From: Bugula neritina | Taxonomy: Eukaryota > Animalia > Bryozoa | Direction of reading: 5' to 3' | Length of the DNA stretch: 64,000 bases | NCBI GenBank assembly: GCA_964035545.1 | Contig: OZ037766.1 | Coordinates: forward strand, 31,176,773 to 31,240,772 | Shown: one piece after another, positions 50,529 through 64,000 of the stretch | How positions within the stretch are numbered: position 1 is the stretch's first letter | Layout: each line of letters opens with the position of its first letter | The notes under the pieces: generated by a model | Told to the model about the DNA's origin: nothing | Seen by the model: the letters and a program-made list of their open reading frames with translations, nothing else | The model's database searches: none | Made by a program: the position numbers and the translations under genes

Positions 50529-53500
50529 AAAGCTATTAGTACACGCATCCTAGTTATTACTAACCAACTTAGATTGTTTTCCAATCGACTTGATAGACAT
50601 TATCAACTTATCAAAACATCTTTATAACCATGTGGCAAAATTTTATGTGCAAAAAATTGACAGCTTTTCATATAGTTTGCCTTTCAAGTTTAGTACAGTT
50701 CATTATAGCCACTAACTTTTTATTTGTTTTTATTAGAGACATTATACTAGGACTATACTAAGATCTATGCAAGCACATTAATTACTGCTAGTTGAAATAT
50801 GTTTACCTTTAGTCAATCCAGCACCTGCATGTCTACTGTACACCAATCAAATTAGACTGTAATATTGGCACAGCTAGAAGTTTTGTAGAAACGTGACAAA
50901 TATCTTAATAATATTACAAAATGTTTTACATATTGATGAAAAATGTGTCAGCAAAAACATTACTTGCGAATTCTTGAAATTTCAGTGTCTTGAATATATA
51001 TGCCAGATGTATAAAAAAAATAACATGGCAATTGTTTAGTAATAATAGAAATAGTATTAACTGAAGAGTTTTATAAATAGCAATAGTTGAACAGGCAATG
51101 CAGACCAAATCTAATAGACTATAATTATGCTCTCCATTCTAAGTCTTCTATACTACAAATGTTACAAAGTAAAGACTCTAACCAGTCTGTATATAGCTAC
51201 AGTATAACATATGAGCAGTGCTAGGTGCAGTGATATAACAAACAGGCTCATTGCTCTCCCCTTATTTGATTAGCAGTTGTTGAATATTGTTCAGCATAGA
51301 TATATAGATTTCACACAACCCTTTAAGTCGGTCATATGACTATCATATTTACTAGTCGACACTCACTAACTGAGAAACCCTCTTCTTAACCCTAAATATA
51401 TCCTAAATTCTACAACGTCAGTCAGTCTTGAAACCCTTTTCGGCAGTACTTCATACTTTAAGAAAACTAGGTAGCTGATAGTTTTAAATCTAGAGAACCA
51501 CCAGGGTTCCATATTCTAAAGCGGTAATACCTCCAGCGTGACATCTTGAATTCTTTTGAATATTGCTAAATTTGTTTCCAATTATGGTTATCATAATTAG
51601 TTGACCTGATATACCAGATACAATAGTAATATATAATGCATAATGCCATATAATACATAGCTAGCTTACAATGCTAATAATTATATATGCATGTGCAGAA
51701 GGAGCACTGGAGAGTCTAGAATGAATAAACAAGGGACATAGGCTAAAGGAATATAAAAGGGCTGGGTCTAACTACATGAGACAGTCTGTGTAAAGTTTAG
51801 AGGTGCTCAGTCTAGCGTTTGTCAACATTCAATTTAGCCTAATTTCCTAACTATGCCTTAGACTACAGTACCAGGGAGAGTGCACATATATTTCACATGC
51901 CTGTTTTGACTCCAAAGGTCTGTAGTTTTACATCAAAGTGTTTCCCTTCACATTTATAGAAGTACTTCATTTATAATAATTGATTTATCAACCTGTTTAT
52001 ACAGAATAATCAGGACTGTACGCAATTTGATGGCTCAAAATAGAAGGATGAGGTATTGTTATTAGTTGAAAAGGGCATTGACTCTGCCAAATTGTTATTT
52101 TAATAGCCTGTACTTACAGACGCAGTCAAATGTCAACATATGGCGACAGGGGTTCGGTATGATTTATGATTTGAAAGCTGTAACCTTTGTCAGGGTCATT
52201 TACGTCAGACAGTCCAGGGTGGAACATTGTTGCTAAATTATCAACGTGACAGCCTCTTAGGATGCAAGCTAATAATTATAGTCTACTGTAACACAGCCAG
52301 AACATACTAGAATAGTTAGTACTTTAGCCTACCATTTATACTATTTCCATAGACATGATTGTTTTGTCAATATTCTATCATTCTCTAAAAATACAATTCC
52401 TATGGGGAAATGTTATATCAGTAAACATTCTGACCTTCATCTAGTTGAAGAAACAAAGTCTGTTGATGGTGGGTCTAGACAATTTTGAAAAAAAATACTC
52501 ATCGAAGATGGACTTCAAACATTTAAATTTTCTTATATATCAGCGCTTGTGTTTTCAGTAACCAACTTTAGCATGGTACATGTAACATGGCAGTAACTTT
52601 GGACAATAATGATTTTAAAACATTGAGATCACAAATTGTAACTTATTTTAGCTTTTCTTCTCTCAACAAATAATTGAATTCTGACAACTGTATAGTAGTA
52701 TGCTTGAAACCAGTTTGCTCTCAAATTAAAACATTCATTACATTATTTTTATAATAGTCATCAGTCAAGGCTTGAGTTTTGGCTGACATTTAAGTAGCTG
52801 ATGGTTGCTATGTGACCGAGTTTGCAAAACCACATTTTTGGTTTTCAAAAGCAAATTTGTGCTCTCTGTGGTGTAATTTGCCACTGTAATTAAAAATTAT
52901 CTCACCAGACTTTATCAGGTCAACCCTGAGTTTTATTTCAGTTCTGTTCCCCAAGGGATGTCACACAAAGGTTACTGTCAATTGATATACTTACATGTGC
53001 ACTTACAGTTGGTTCTTGTAGTATGTGATGTACTTACACATGTAAATCAGCTTCTTGAGTTACAGCCATGATGAGACACACAACTAATTCAACTGTCTTG
53101 TTGGTCTAACACAATGGTTATAAAACTTGAGTTTATGATTTTTGGCAAAATACAACTTTTCATGCTGACAAAGACAGCTGCTAGGTATATAAGAAAGCAG
53201 AAATGTATTAGAAAAATAGTCTTTTCAACACCAACTTTAGTTTTTGAGAGATTTGAATATATTGTGAGGAAATTTTAGTAAATAATTTAGATTTTGAATA
53301 GATGAAAGGCTAATCTAATATGTTTTGGCTGTTATCAAATATCAATTTGATTTTAGTCTAATTGCCAGCCATGTTAGATCTACACATAGACAAAGTATGA
53401 TACAACTTTACTATAGTAAAGACAATTTTATACATTAAAATGGGCTCATCTTGTTTACTGTTCTAATCTTGTTTACAATTAATATCATTGCTTACATGTA

Positions 53501-55869
53501 AGTTTGGTGCTAAGGCAATGTTTTGTAAATTTACCAAAACGTTTAAATAATTTTAATTTTTTTACTGTTTATATCGATGAATTTTGATAGTTACAATTAT
53601 AGTTACAATAGTACTAGGGTTAGGTGGTCGCTTCCCAACATCTCTGTTGGGTATTGGGGACACATGGGAAGCTATTAGAAGTCAAATAGTGGTATACAGG
53701 CTTGGCAACATGCAAGAAGGACCTTGATAAAGGCTTCTATTATGATTATAGAATGCACTTCAGTTCCTATGAAAGTCTGGCTTTATAAAAGGTCACCAGT
53801 TGAATAAAAAGGGCATTGACACTTTTATGGAAGCTTTTAATAGTTTTGTTTTACTTATGAAAAAGGCAACAGCAATGTCAGCAGCTGTTAATTTTTATTT
53901 AAAGAAGTAACTACGTAAGCTAAATGCTATGCTAAGAATAAACTTTCCCTGAGATACAACACAACTGATGACATTGAAAGACCTCTGCTCAACATCTAAC
54001 TTTTCTAAAATGTCAACATAAACATTTTTTTACAAGCCCATGTAAGGATTGTGTATACAGCAGATTTTATTAGCACATGAGTAATATATGCAGCACTTTA
54101 TCACATAAGTAATATACAACAGTGTTTAGCACATGAGTAATGTACAGTATAGCGTTTAGCACGTGGGTAGTATATACAGTATAGACTATACACTGTATAT
54201 AGTGTTTAGCACATGAGTAATATACAATGTGCCTGTAAGCTATACCAGTTTCTCAGTAATAGTAGTAATATATTCAAGATAGATAGACACAGCAATGTTC
54301 CAAGATAAACAATTATGTGTGCTGTTGTGGTTATATACTGTATATAACTTTACTGCATGTGTTGCCCATAAAAGCTTTCTCTGCATTATATTGTACTATT
54401 GCTAGGATGGAGATGTTACTTGCAGAGGTACAAAACTATGTATTAACAACTGGCAATTGCAGCATTATATCTTATCATGTGACGGTCACATTTCAGTCAT
54501 CATGCATTGTTTTAGCTAATAAAGAAAAAGTTAATGAGAAAACTCTTTCAGATAGATCAAATAGAAATCAGCGTTATTTCCACCAAGTTCCTACATCATA
54601 ACAAATGTCTGACCTTTATATTATATGCAGTCAATCAAATCACAAGGTTATAGCACTGAAACTACTTTTTGTGGTAAAACCAATGATTCAAAAAGTGAAA
54701 ACTCTCTTTTCATTTATAGCTTATAGGTTTATAGTTCGACTTATTCAAATATCCTCTCTCCAGCAAGGAAAGAAAACTCCATAATATTTATCTCATAAAT
54801 TTACACAATATAAAAGTATCATTATAAAGCAGTTCAAATTCATATCTCTAGCATACTAGCTATTTTTAGGATTGGTATGCATTGATTTATTCCATTTAAA
54901 TAATTCAAAATGAAATTATGGGAAACTTTAATGCGCATTAGTCAATAAACTACGAATTTTTTAAAAAAATAGTGTCTATAGCTTTCAGATTTTGAGGCAG
55001 AATAACTTATGATATGAAATAAAAAAGATGCTCAATGCTTGTACTGAGGTGAGAAATTGAATGAGGTGATTTAAACTGCATTATTTGTTTGGCTTACAAC
55101 TGCATAAAACTATAATTGAAAATGAAAGATTTTTCGTGAATAACATCAGCTCTTTATAGTATCGTGTTTATATGATGCCTTAAACTTGGCTACTGCAGCA
55201 GGTATATGGAGATGTCAGTAGTTTATGATAGGAAATACAATATTCCTTATAGACAACAAATTAATTAGCTTAGTTACAACTCGTCATCATAGTAGAAGGT
55301 CCAATTCTGAAAGTATGTTGGTGATGACATGCTTTCTGTAATATAAGCTTTGAAGAGGACATGATTATAAGAAATATCTTAAGCGAGTTTTTGACACACA
55401 AACTCAAAAGTTGAAGCATTAAAGAATTCGCTGATGAATAAAAAGTTTATAGCTACTGCAATAATTGGCTATAATCTTCAAATATATACAAAGTTTATCA
55501 AAAAATATAAAATTATATATTATGCCCTATGCAATAAAATAGGCAAACCTTTTTGAAAAAAAAGTTCCCTTAATTAATGAGCTTTTGACAACTTTTTCAA
55601 AAATTTTTATTTAGATATTATTTTGTAGGGTTTGAGGAGATGACTCTTAGAATGGCTGCACTAAGAACAGTTTAACTCATTCAATTAATTTAATGTTAAT
55701 AAACAGCAGGCTGAATGGATTGACTAATTTTAGCTTCCTAGCTGTTCTAAATTAATATTCTAGTAAAATTGACAAGGTTTTACACTAATAAATTTGCATA
55801 AACAGTTATACGCACAGGCATAAAATTTCTCATAAAGTTTGTTTTAGTCTGCATAATTATAGGAGATTT

Positions 55870-56056
55870 AACTCTCACACAAGTTTATAATCACCATCCC
55901 TGTGAAAAACCCCTGGTGGAAAGTTTTGTTGGAACCGGCTAAGGAGCAATTACGACTGGATACTCTTCTTAACATCACCAATGGCCTGTGTGGGGGTTCG
56001 ACCCCATGACTTCCTGCTCACAAAGCTAACACTCTAACCCCTAGACCACGGCTGCT
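55870..56056 (-). mobile_element. tRNA-derived SINE
   Basis: Minus strand AGCAGCCG-TGGTCTAGGGG (A-box)...GGGTCGAACCC (B-box) followed by a non-tRNA body; acceptor and anticodon stems degenerate. Confidence 0.65.
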
Positions 56057-57209
56057 CATAATTAAAAAAATTAACTAGTGGCTACTACATAGTAAAACTG
56101 ATTTAGTATTTTATAAAGTACTAGCTTCACTGGTAGACTGTTTTAGACACTGCTCTAAAGTATGCAGTGTCCTACGTAAGACGGTCATGCAACGGTTTGG
56201 TACAACTCTGTACTATGATCTTGCTCAAACTAAAGGAAAAAACAACTATTACTCACTTGCATGGATATTTAGGGAATGTTAGGTCATGTTTTGAGCAAAT
56301 TATTGCATAGTTGCATAACTGGTATAGCAGCAAAAACAACTCAAGATGTAATTTGTAATATTTATAGTGCGGAAAAAATGGCTTAGTTTGAACGCAATTC
56401 AAACCATATTTTATGAAAATTTTGCACTAGCTCACACAATTTTGTTTATGTTTAGAAGGAAATGCATACTATTATGATTTGTCATCAAATTGCACTATTT
56501 ACATTGCGATTTATACTTAACTATGCTCACCTGTTTACTATAAGATACTGCAAATAGTGTAGTTACAAGCTGTACACTATTGGAACCTGTTTATATTCAA
56601 GCTAAGTTGGTAGCCTACAAGAGGCTGTATAAGTTGTATAACAACTTAAACTAATTTTGACATGCAAATAGATTTTCATATGTGTAATAATAATAGCATA
56701 CCCTGGTAATTACTAACAATTAAGTGTTTTTCTGAATAATAGAAGTTGTGTACACTCTGGTGTTAAAGAGATGACAACTTCTGACAGTGTCTGTAGCACA
56801 ACCGCAAAACCATATTATTCTGTAACGAGTCTCAACTTTAAAGCACACCAATGCTCATAGTTAAGCCTCGCCATATCAATAATTAACAACACCTGCACAG
56901 CAAACCTTTAAACTTAAATGTGATTTTTCTGAATTTAATGTTATTTTGTTCAGGCATGAAAATAGAAGCACCTCTGCATGGAATGAATTGTGATAAAGTT
57001 ACAATCAGATATGCAGTATACCTGGTTTGCTAAATTCTTTCAATTTCTTAGAATTAAAACATAGTTGGCCTAGGCACCAGGAAATGATGTTCTAAATCAT
57101 GTAAAAACCATTAACTACATAATGCAATGCTCGTTTTATAGTTGGATGCCATTTTGAACAACTGCTTACCAACAGCATATAACTGAATCAGAGTTGAAAC
57201 TATGTGTGA

Positions 57210-57327
57210 ATATATACAGTATATTATATACTGTATATAATATACTGTATATTATATACAGTATATATATACAGTATATTATATACAGTATATATATATA
57301 CAGTATATAATATACTGTGTATATATA

Positions 57328-57389
<62 letters not shown>

Positions 57390-57440
57390 GTGTGTGTATG
57401 TATATGTGTATATGTGTATATGTGTATATATATATATGTA
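57210..57440. repeat. (TA)n microsatellite with TATACAG/CTGTATA variants; other simple repeats (TA)n 18559-18610, (CT)n 6454-6494 and 21443-21505, (TCTCTAG)n 5397-5443, (AATAARCATG)n 10328-10397
   Basis: Direct inspection. Confidence 0.9.
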
Positions 57441-58113
57441 ATATAAATTAATTTCATTATAAATTAAAATTTGAGGCATCTTTGTACATTTGTAATGGCA
57501 GACATACAAACTATCATATGTTATACTTAAATCTGTATTGAATAAAGGTTCTATGCATGTATACAAAATATATATTATATATATTGTATGACCAGAAATT
57601 AAAAAACAATGAAAATATTATTGAGGTATAAATCTTGTCCTGAAAAATCAGCTAATCTCTCGTCTGTGATAGAAATGATAATTCTGCAGAGTGGGCGGTC
57701 AAAAACGCCGCCATATTAAGATAAAGTTTTCTAAAATTTGTACCTTGGTTTTACAAATATTACACTTTATAAAAGATAAGATAATATAGAACATAAACAT
57801 GACAATCTCGTGGCAAAAAGTTGGCAAAAATAATACACAAAACCAATAACAATATAGTACAATAAGCAATGGAGGTATGGCATGACTATAAATAGATTTG
57901 TAATTAGATTCAAAATGTACAAATAAAATAACAAACAAAGCCAACGTCCACCGAGATGAGAGACAGGATATTACGCAATAAAATCTTGTAAGACTGAATG
58001 TACAAGGGTGAATTAAGTATAGAACCTGACGTGTGACATGCAATTGGCGGTAGCTATGTACAGATTTATACAAGTTCTCGATTAGTTAGGAGTTCGTGAG
58101 ACTATGACGGGAG

Positions 58114-61100
58114 TTACGCGCCCCCAGGGTCATAGTTCTGAGACAAACGGCCCATGGAGAAGTCCTGAGGCATATTATCTGTGCTGCTCTGACTAATGAG
58201 AAGTCTTTGGCTGAGAAAGTCTGGACTGAGCATCTGGAGAGGGTCCTGTGGCTGGAGGTGGGGCATAGCGAGACCCTTCATGTTGTAACCTTTGAGCAGC
58301 GGCGGTGAGGTCATGGCTGCCAGCTCCTGCTGCTGCCCTTGCCACTGCATTGCTGCCTGCCGATGCAGCTCAAGGTTGTCGACATAGTGCGGAGGGAGGT
58401 GAGACGGAGAGACTAGAGGGGGACTATGATGTTGCTGCCTCAACAGCAGCTCCTCTGAAGTCTTCACAGGATAGTTGAAGGCCGAACAGGATGTGGTAGT
58501 GCGGAACTGCTTGCCTCCACTCGGGTAACTACTAGAAGGTCGTCTGTCTGCTGCAGATCGGCGGCTGGTGTCAGCCGACAGTCTCCCCGAATCTGAGTGC
58601 TTTGGAAGAAAAGAGAACTCGCTAGAAGGACGTCTACTAGGATAGGCCGACAGCGTGTCTGTAGCTGCTGCCGTGTGCCCGTCTAGACTGCGTGAATGAG
58701 AGTGAGCTGTCCTGGCTGGAGCAGAGTTCATAGACGAATAACGGGGATGTGACGAGATGTCATGAGATGAGCTCTCATCCACCGAGAGATGCCTGCTAGG
58801 GGGAGGGGCGTATCGCTGAGCACGACTGTCTTGTCTGGACAAGCCAATCGATGTCCTTGAATGTTCCGATATATCCACGTGGTCAGCATCCGACTTGTCA
58901 GGGCAGTCAGAGTGCTGCCTCTGCAGCTCAGCAGACGACAGTTTCGTTTCCTCGAGATCTTTACAGTCATTGATTTCTCCGTTCGTAGAACGCTGATGAG
59001 AGAGTCCGGAGGGAGTGGGCGAGGAGCTAGTCTGAGGTCCATTGCATGTAGCCTGTGATCTGTTAGAGTCGGGTGTGCAGGCGGTTGTAGGCGCCACTAC
59101 AGCTATTCCGTCGCTAGGGTTACGGGGATGCTGGGATAGATTGAGACGACTAGGATTGGAGGAGAAGTTGGACTGAGGTATGTTCCTCTCGTACTTGAAG
59201 TTACTGCGTATGACTGCCAGGGCCTGGTCACTGGTGAGGGTCCCACCTGCAGCAACCAACACAGAATCTTTTATACAAGAACAGATGCAATCTACAGCCT
59301 CGACTAGTTCTGCATATAGCAAGTAAAACTGCAAATAGTAGATGGTGCAATGCTTACCTGCGGGCATTGCGTTGTGTTGTAGCAGTTCCATTAGAAGACT
59401 GTTCTTGGCTATTTCTGGTGACTTGAGGTGTATGATCTGCTGTCTAGTTATAGTGGTTAATCTACAGAAAAAACAGCAAACTACTTCAACACAAAATATT
59501 ACACAAGTCAAACCCATTTGATAGAAACCGCCGTCAACATATTATATTCACATGGAAACAGCAACTGGCTTTACTGGGCGGTACTTGTATTATCACAAGT
59601 TTAATGGCCGACACAAGGATAGAATTTGAAACTACAAGCCGGATCTGGTGAACTTGTCACGAGTTGGCTAGGGCTGAAGGAGCTGTCAAAACAATCGCCT
59701 TAACACTTGTCAGAGCTGGCGGGTTTGTGACAGCTGCCTTCATTCAATCCCTACTTACAGGTAGTGGCCAGCCCAGATGGTGCTAGGCCAGTCCAGGTGG
59801 TGCTAGGCCAGCCCAGGTGGTGCTAGGCCAGCCCCGGTGGTGCTAGGCCAACTAGCAAAGTGGCATCTCACATATTATAGAAAATAAAGAAAAATAAAAC
59901 AACGTCCTACCCCATTAAGTTAGTTATCAACGTGAGGTACCAACAAACAAATGAAAAGGAAATGACATCACAAATGACATCACAACTACCCTCACCTCTG
60001 CACTTCATTCAGTCTGATGAGAAGTTCACCAAACTTGAGAGGGAACTCTGGGTAGTGAGAGGAAGTATGCGTGAGTAGAGCTTCTAGTAGGTTGTTCTGG
60101 TACTGCTGTATCTTATCCCTGTCCTGAAGACCCCGGATATCTACCAGCATGTGTGATGTATGACAGTACAATGGGCTAGGATATATTATACTATGACATA
60201 AAATCATACACCATAATATATATTAAAAGATATTATATTATAACATAAAAAAACATGCTAGGAGATGCAGGATTTCCCGAGGAAACACTGGAAAGGATTC
60301 AGTCAACAATCTCAGTTATCAAAACTTACCAGGCAGCATCAGGGACAGAACTTTCAAGGCAACATACTCGTACTGATCAACCTTGAGTCGTCTGAAGCAG
60401 GAACAGACGTACAGCATTCGGCTTATTACCTGGAATGTACAGAAAGATATGTACAGAGAGAGAGGGGGGGAGAGGGAGAGAGAAAGAGAGAGAGAGAGAG
60501 AGGGGGGAGAGAGAAAGGGAAAGAGAGAGGGGGGGAGAAAGAGAGAGAGAGGGGGGGAGAAAGAGAGAGAGAGGGGGAAGGGGGGGAGAGGGAGGGGGAG
60601 AGAAAAAGAGAGAGCAGGGGGGGGGGGGGGAGAGAGAAAGGGAAAGAGAAAGGGAAAGAGAGGGAGGGGGGAGAGATGTACAGAAATATGTACAAGGGGA
60701 GAGAGATTATATAGACTTGCAGTTACCTCCTCATGATTCATTTCCTTTGCTTTCTCCATGTCCAAGCATTTACCAAAACTGAGCCTGATGATTCCGTTGG
60801 CATCAATTGACCTCCAGATGACCCCCAGGCAGACAATCTCCGCCCACGCGTTTTGCAGCAGCAATATCTGATCCTTCCTCTACAACACAAGAAATACAAT
60901 CATACAACTATTGAAGGCATCATAAATCAGTTTAAGAAGACAACTCTAGCACTACACTGAAGACTATTACAGTTTTATTATTCAAATACAAGTATGACTG
61001 AAGCTGGTAGAGTTTTATTATGTTTTACTACAGAATAGCTGCACTGCTAACTTCTCTAAAATGTAACAAATTATTCAATTCAGTAGAGATGTGGGAGGGG

Positions 61101-63979
61101 GGTATGTGGGGGGAGAAACTTTCACTTGGGTCAGCACTATAGGGGTGCATTATGAAACATTTCAACAAATGAGTGAAAGTTGACAGTCAGGTGAGTTGTT
61201 GGGATAGCTTCACCCACAGATACTCACGTTGTTGATAGTTTGGCTTTTACAACTTCACTTCCAGTATCCTTGGCTGAAGGACACGTGGGCGCTGAGTTAT
61301 TAATGGTTACTAGGAAATATCTGATAGGCTTCAGTAGTAATGAACTTAAGGACTGAGTGTACAGGAGTGTAGAGGGGGACTGAGTGTACAGGAGTGTAGA
61401 GGGGGACTGAGTGTACAGGAGTGTAAAGAAGGGACTGAGTGTACACTACAAGGACTAGATACACCAATCAACTGAGTTGTACCAACTACAGCAATCTCTA
61501 CTAACAGAGCGAGGAGGGAGAAATATATACTACTAGAACGAGTGATGGATACAGGAAGCAACTCCTTAGCTCAGCAGCAAACACTTACATGTACGGCAGC
61601 AACGCCCACACCTTACTAATTGCCAGAGTAAGTGTCAAATAATTACACAACCATTCAATGCAAGTGTAGAATATCCTTCAAACTCCACCTGGTTTACCTG
61701 AACACTGACTACACGCAGGGAATAATGTATTACCTCTCCCTTTCCCAGCTAGATTTGTTGCCCATGGCTACCAGAATTAAAACAAAAATTCTATTTTTTT
61801 TTCTACAACTAAACCTACATAATATAATTAAAAACTATGCCAAGATACAAACAATTTCAACTTACATGACTAACAAATTCCAATGAAAAACAAAGGTCGA
61901 CGATTCCGCAGTGGAAACAGACCTTGAGAATAGAGTTGCCGAGTCTTTGATGTGAGAACTGGTGACATGTAGAAACACGAGCTACTACAAGATAGGCTGA
62001 GTGCTGGCGGAGGTGAGAGGAATAAATTCCAGCCTACACGAGGACTAAAGTGGGCGACTATAAATAACAAGCGACTTTGCACACAACTCACGTCAACGTT
62101 GAGGAAGTTGGGGAGATGCCTAGCCCACTTTACTATCTGATATAGCCTGTGTTCCGTGAGATGCAGTAGCGAGTCAAATTTATCTTTGTCTCCGGAGGTC
62201 ATTCTGTCCACACAGCACGGCTGGGGCTCCGTAGTTGTCTCCTCGTAGTATCCTTCGAGGGCATATATTTCCTGCAGCATAGACTGAGAGTATAGGGTAT
62301 AGACTGAGAGTATAGAGTATAGACTGAGAGTATAGAGTATAGACTGAGAGTACAGAGTATAGACTGAGAGCATAGAGTATGTATAGACTGAGAGTATAGA
62401 GTATAGACTGAGAGTACAGAGTATAGACTGAGAGTATAGAGTATAGACTGAGAGTATAGAGTATAGACTGAGAGTATAGAGTATAGACCGAGAGTACAGA
62501 GTATAGACTGAGAGTATAGGGTATGTATAGACTGAGAGTATAGAGTATAGACTGAGAGTATAGATTATAGACTGAGAGTATAGATTATAGACTGAGAGTG
62601 TACAGAATAAGTCTTTTACTGACAAAATTTATGAATTGATAATTTTTCAGAGCAAATAAAAATAATACGAACAGACAGACAGACTAGCCAATGGGGAGTC
62701 TGGAACAGAAAGCATGATGTAACTACAGCCTATAGCTCAGTGGTAAACTAAGACCTAGTCTGAAAATCATGAACAGGTGGGGGGAGGGGGTGCTGGCCCG
62801 CTTTACAATAACTAGTATAGAATGGTGGCTAGCAATTTAGCCTTAGAACTTCATAGCTCTAGAATTAGAGTTGCAAACCCCTGACTACTTATTGATGGAA
62901 CAGTATCTGTGGATGTTTTGTAGGCAGCATATCTGCACAGCAGCTCGCCATATGAAAGGCAGCAAATGAGTGGTAGGCGGTTATTAGCAGAGGCAGCACC
63001 TTGAGATGTACTTGACATGACCTCAAGTGATGTCCTGGGGCTAGGCTGCTGCAGTGAGCCACTTGACCAGCTAATTAAGTGGCCCAGGACAGCTAGATGC
63101 CTGGCTGACAACAGAATCTTAATCTAGCAGCAGTTTGAGGAGTTCTGAGTGTGACCAGGCCAGCTCTCTGTTGGCAGAGTATGGAAGAACTGCCTCTACA
63201 CTTGACACGGTGTAGGAGCTCCCAGACGGGGGGGGGGGAGGGGGGGGGGCTCACAGACTGGGGGGGGGGGGTTTAAAGAAACTGCTCTGGCTGGTTTCAA
63301 GGAACCAACAGACAAAACTACTCTAGACACATGCCTGGGTTCAAGACACTTTAGAGAAATTCTATTAAAAACTCTAAATAAATGAATTCAGTGAAGGCTT
63401 TATATTATGGGTGAGTTTTATTAGTATATCTAATGACAGAGAAGGTCAAACATCTCTGCACTTATGAGAAAATAATATTGACATTTGGTAGTTGTCCACC
63501 CGGCACTAGAGAGATGCACCCGAACACCGTTAGCTCCGGAGACACCCACTACTGTCTTGAAAATAAACAAAATACTGTTCAGGCTGTCATTATGACAGGA
63601 GGACACAAATCCTATCTTGCTTCGCTAATATCTATGTTTCAACACGTGTTGTCTAACCTGAACTGATATTACAAGCCGTGCTATTTGCTGTACAAATCAT
63701 AGAAAGGAAAAGACAAACAGACAAACAGAGAGACAAACAGGCAGACAAGCTATTTGACACTCACCTTAAGCAAGTCGGGTATCTGTGGTTTAGGACGAGG
63801 TAGAGGTGGTTCAGGTGAGAGTGCTGAGTAAGTCTTTGGTTTCTTCACTCCACCACCTGGAGGGTAAGGGTATGGAGGGTATTCGGAGCTCTCGCTGCTT
63901 CTCTTAAATCGACGGTGAATAAACGCTGACGCTCCCTCGTAGTTGCTGCGTCCTCCCCTAGATCGATCTTCCCTGATTC
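58114..63979 (-). CDS. Hr39: Nuclear receptor HR39/FTZ-F1 beta (NR5B)-like, 3' part: T/A-box, hinge, LBD and long C-terminal extension (NR-A); zinc fingers expected beyond window end
   Basis: Exons 63765-63979 (IREDRSRGGRSNY, HR39-type T/A-box rather than NR5A RADRMRGGRNKF), 62092-62271, 60727-60879, 60330-60429, 59996-60140, 59358-59461, 58114-59246. LBD motifs EHRLYQIVKW, RRLKVDQYEYVALKV, HYPEFPLKFGELL and AF-2 LLMELL closely resemble insect HR39. Strict orthology versus paralogy is not established. Confidence 0.85.
59766..59850. repeat. 20-bp tandem repeat (GCCCAGGTGGTGCTAGGCCA) x4
   Basis: Direct inspection. Confidence 0.85.
60455..60676. repeat. Purine-only (GA/G)n tract in NR-A intron
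   Basis: About 220 bp of almost exclusively G/A on plus, flanked by the repeat ATGTACAGAAA(G/T)ATGTACA. Confidence 0.9.
61349..61444. repeat. 28-bp tandem repeat (GGACTGAGTGTACAGGAGTGTAGAGGG) x3.5
   Basis: Direct inspection. Confidence 0.85.
62280..62598. repeat. 20-bp minisatellite (AGACTGAGAGTATAGAGTAT)n abutting an NR-A splice acceptor
   Basis: About 15 tandem units; explains the YSILSVYTL part of ORF 61870..62625. Confidence 0.95.
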
Positions 63980-64000
63980 CTGCAAAAGATAGACCACCAT

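Noticed and set aside
51692-51827. Solo LTR (TG...TATAAAAGGG...CA)
   Set aside because: No target-site duplication and only marginal similarity to the TRIM interior.
57699-58073. 124-aa hydrophobic ORF downstream of NR-A
   Set aside because: Non-ATG start, T-rich 3' UTR composition, no recognisable motif.
60265-60782. E/R/G-rich plus-strand ORFs and the S/L/P-rich read-through in 60319..60864
   Set aside because: Product of the GA tract in an NR-A intron bounded by canonical splice sites.
61870-62625. 251-aa ORF with a repetitive N-terminus fused to the LBD
   Set aside because: The minisatellite lies in the intron; the true exon is 62092-62271.
62730-62760. tRNA fragment TAGCTCAGTGGT
   Set aside because: A-box only; no B-box or cloverleaf.
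63228-63272. G-runs as a functional G-quadruplex
   Set aside because: Homopolymer G/C tracts are scattered through this window (42298, 37762, 62778), so there is no evidence of a specific function.

Overview
AT-rich, intron-containing animal (invertebrate bilaterian) genomic DNA, not prokaryotic. Most ORF-track entries are single exons or low-complexity artefacts, so gene models were rebuilt by hand from GT-AG boundaries and exon phases. (1) About 0.5-27.6 kb is a two-gene cassette duplicated in tandem (~508-13466 and ~15789-27609). Each copy holds a pentraxin/LamG + PAN-apple gene and a CHST15-like Golgi sulfotransferase. (2) 28357-38503 (minus) is a 13-exon, hinge-less MMP21-like metalloproteinase with an intact HExxHxxGxxH motif but no recognisable cysteine switch or structural-zinc loop. 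(3) 40-64 kb is a cluster of three HR39/NR5B-type nuclear receptors. One gene (minus, runs out of the window) keeps the T/A-box and adds a ~380-aa tail after AF-2. The other two are intact, head-to-head paralogues that start at a new Met just before helix 1 and encode only a ligand-binding domain. This DBD-less pair is the best candidate for an undescribed system, a possible convergent NR0B/SHP-like module. Mobile DNA includes two copies of a ~335-bp TRIM-like element whose LTRs contain a tRNA/Pol III promoter, a pearl/HINE-like element, a MITE, a tRNA-SINE and many micro- and minisatellites. All family assignments come from motif recognition; no database search was run.
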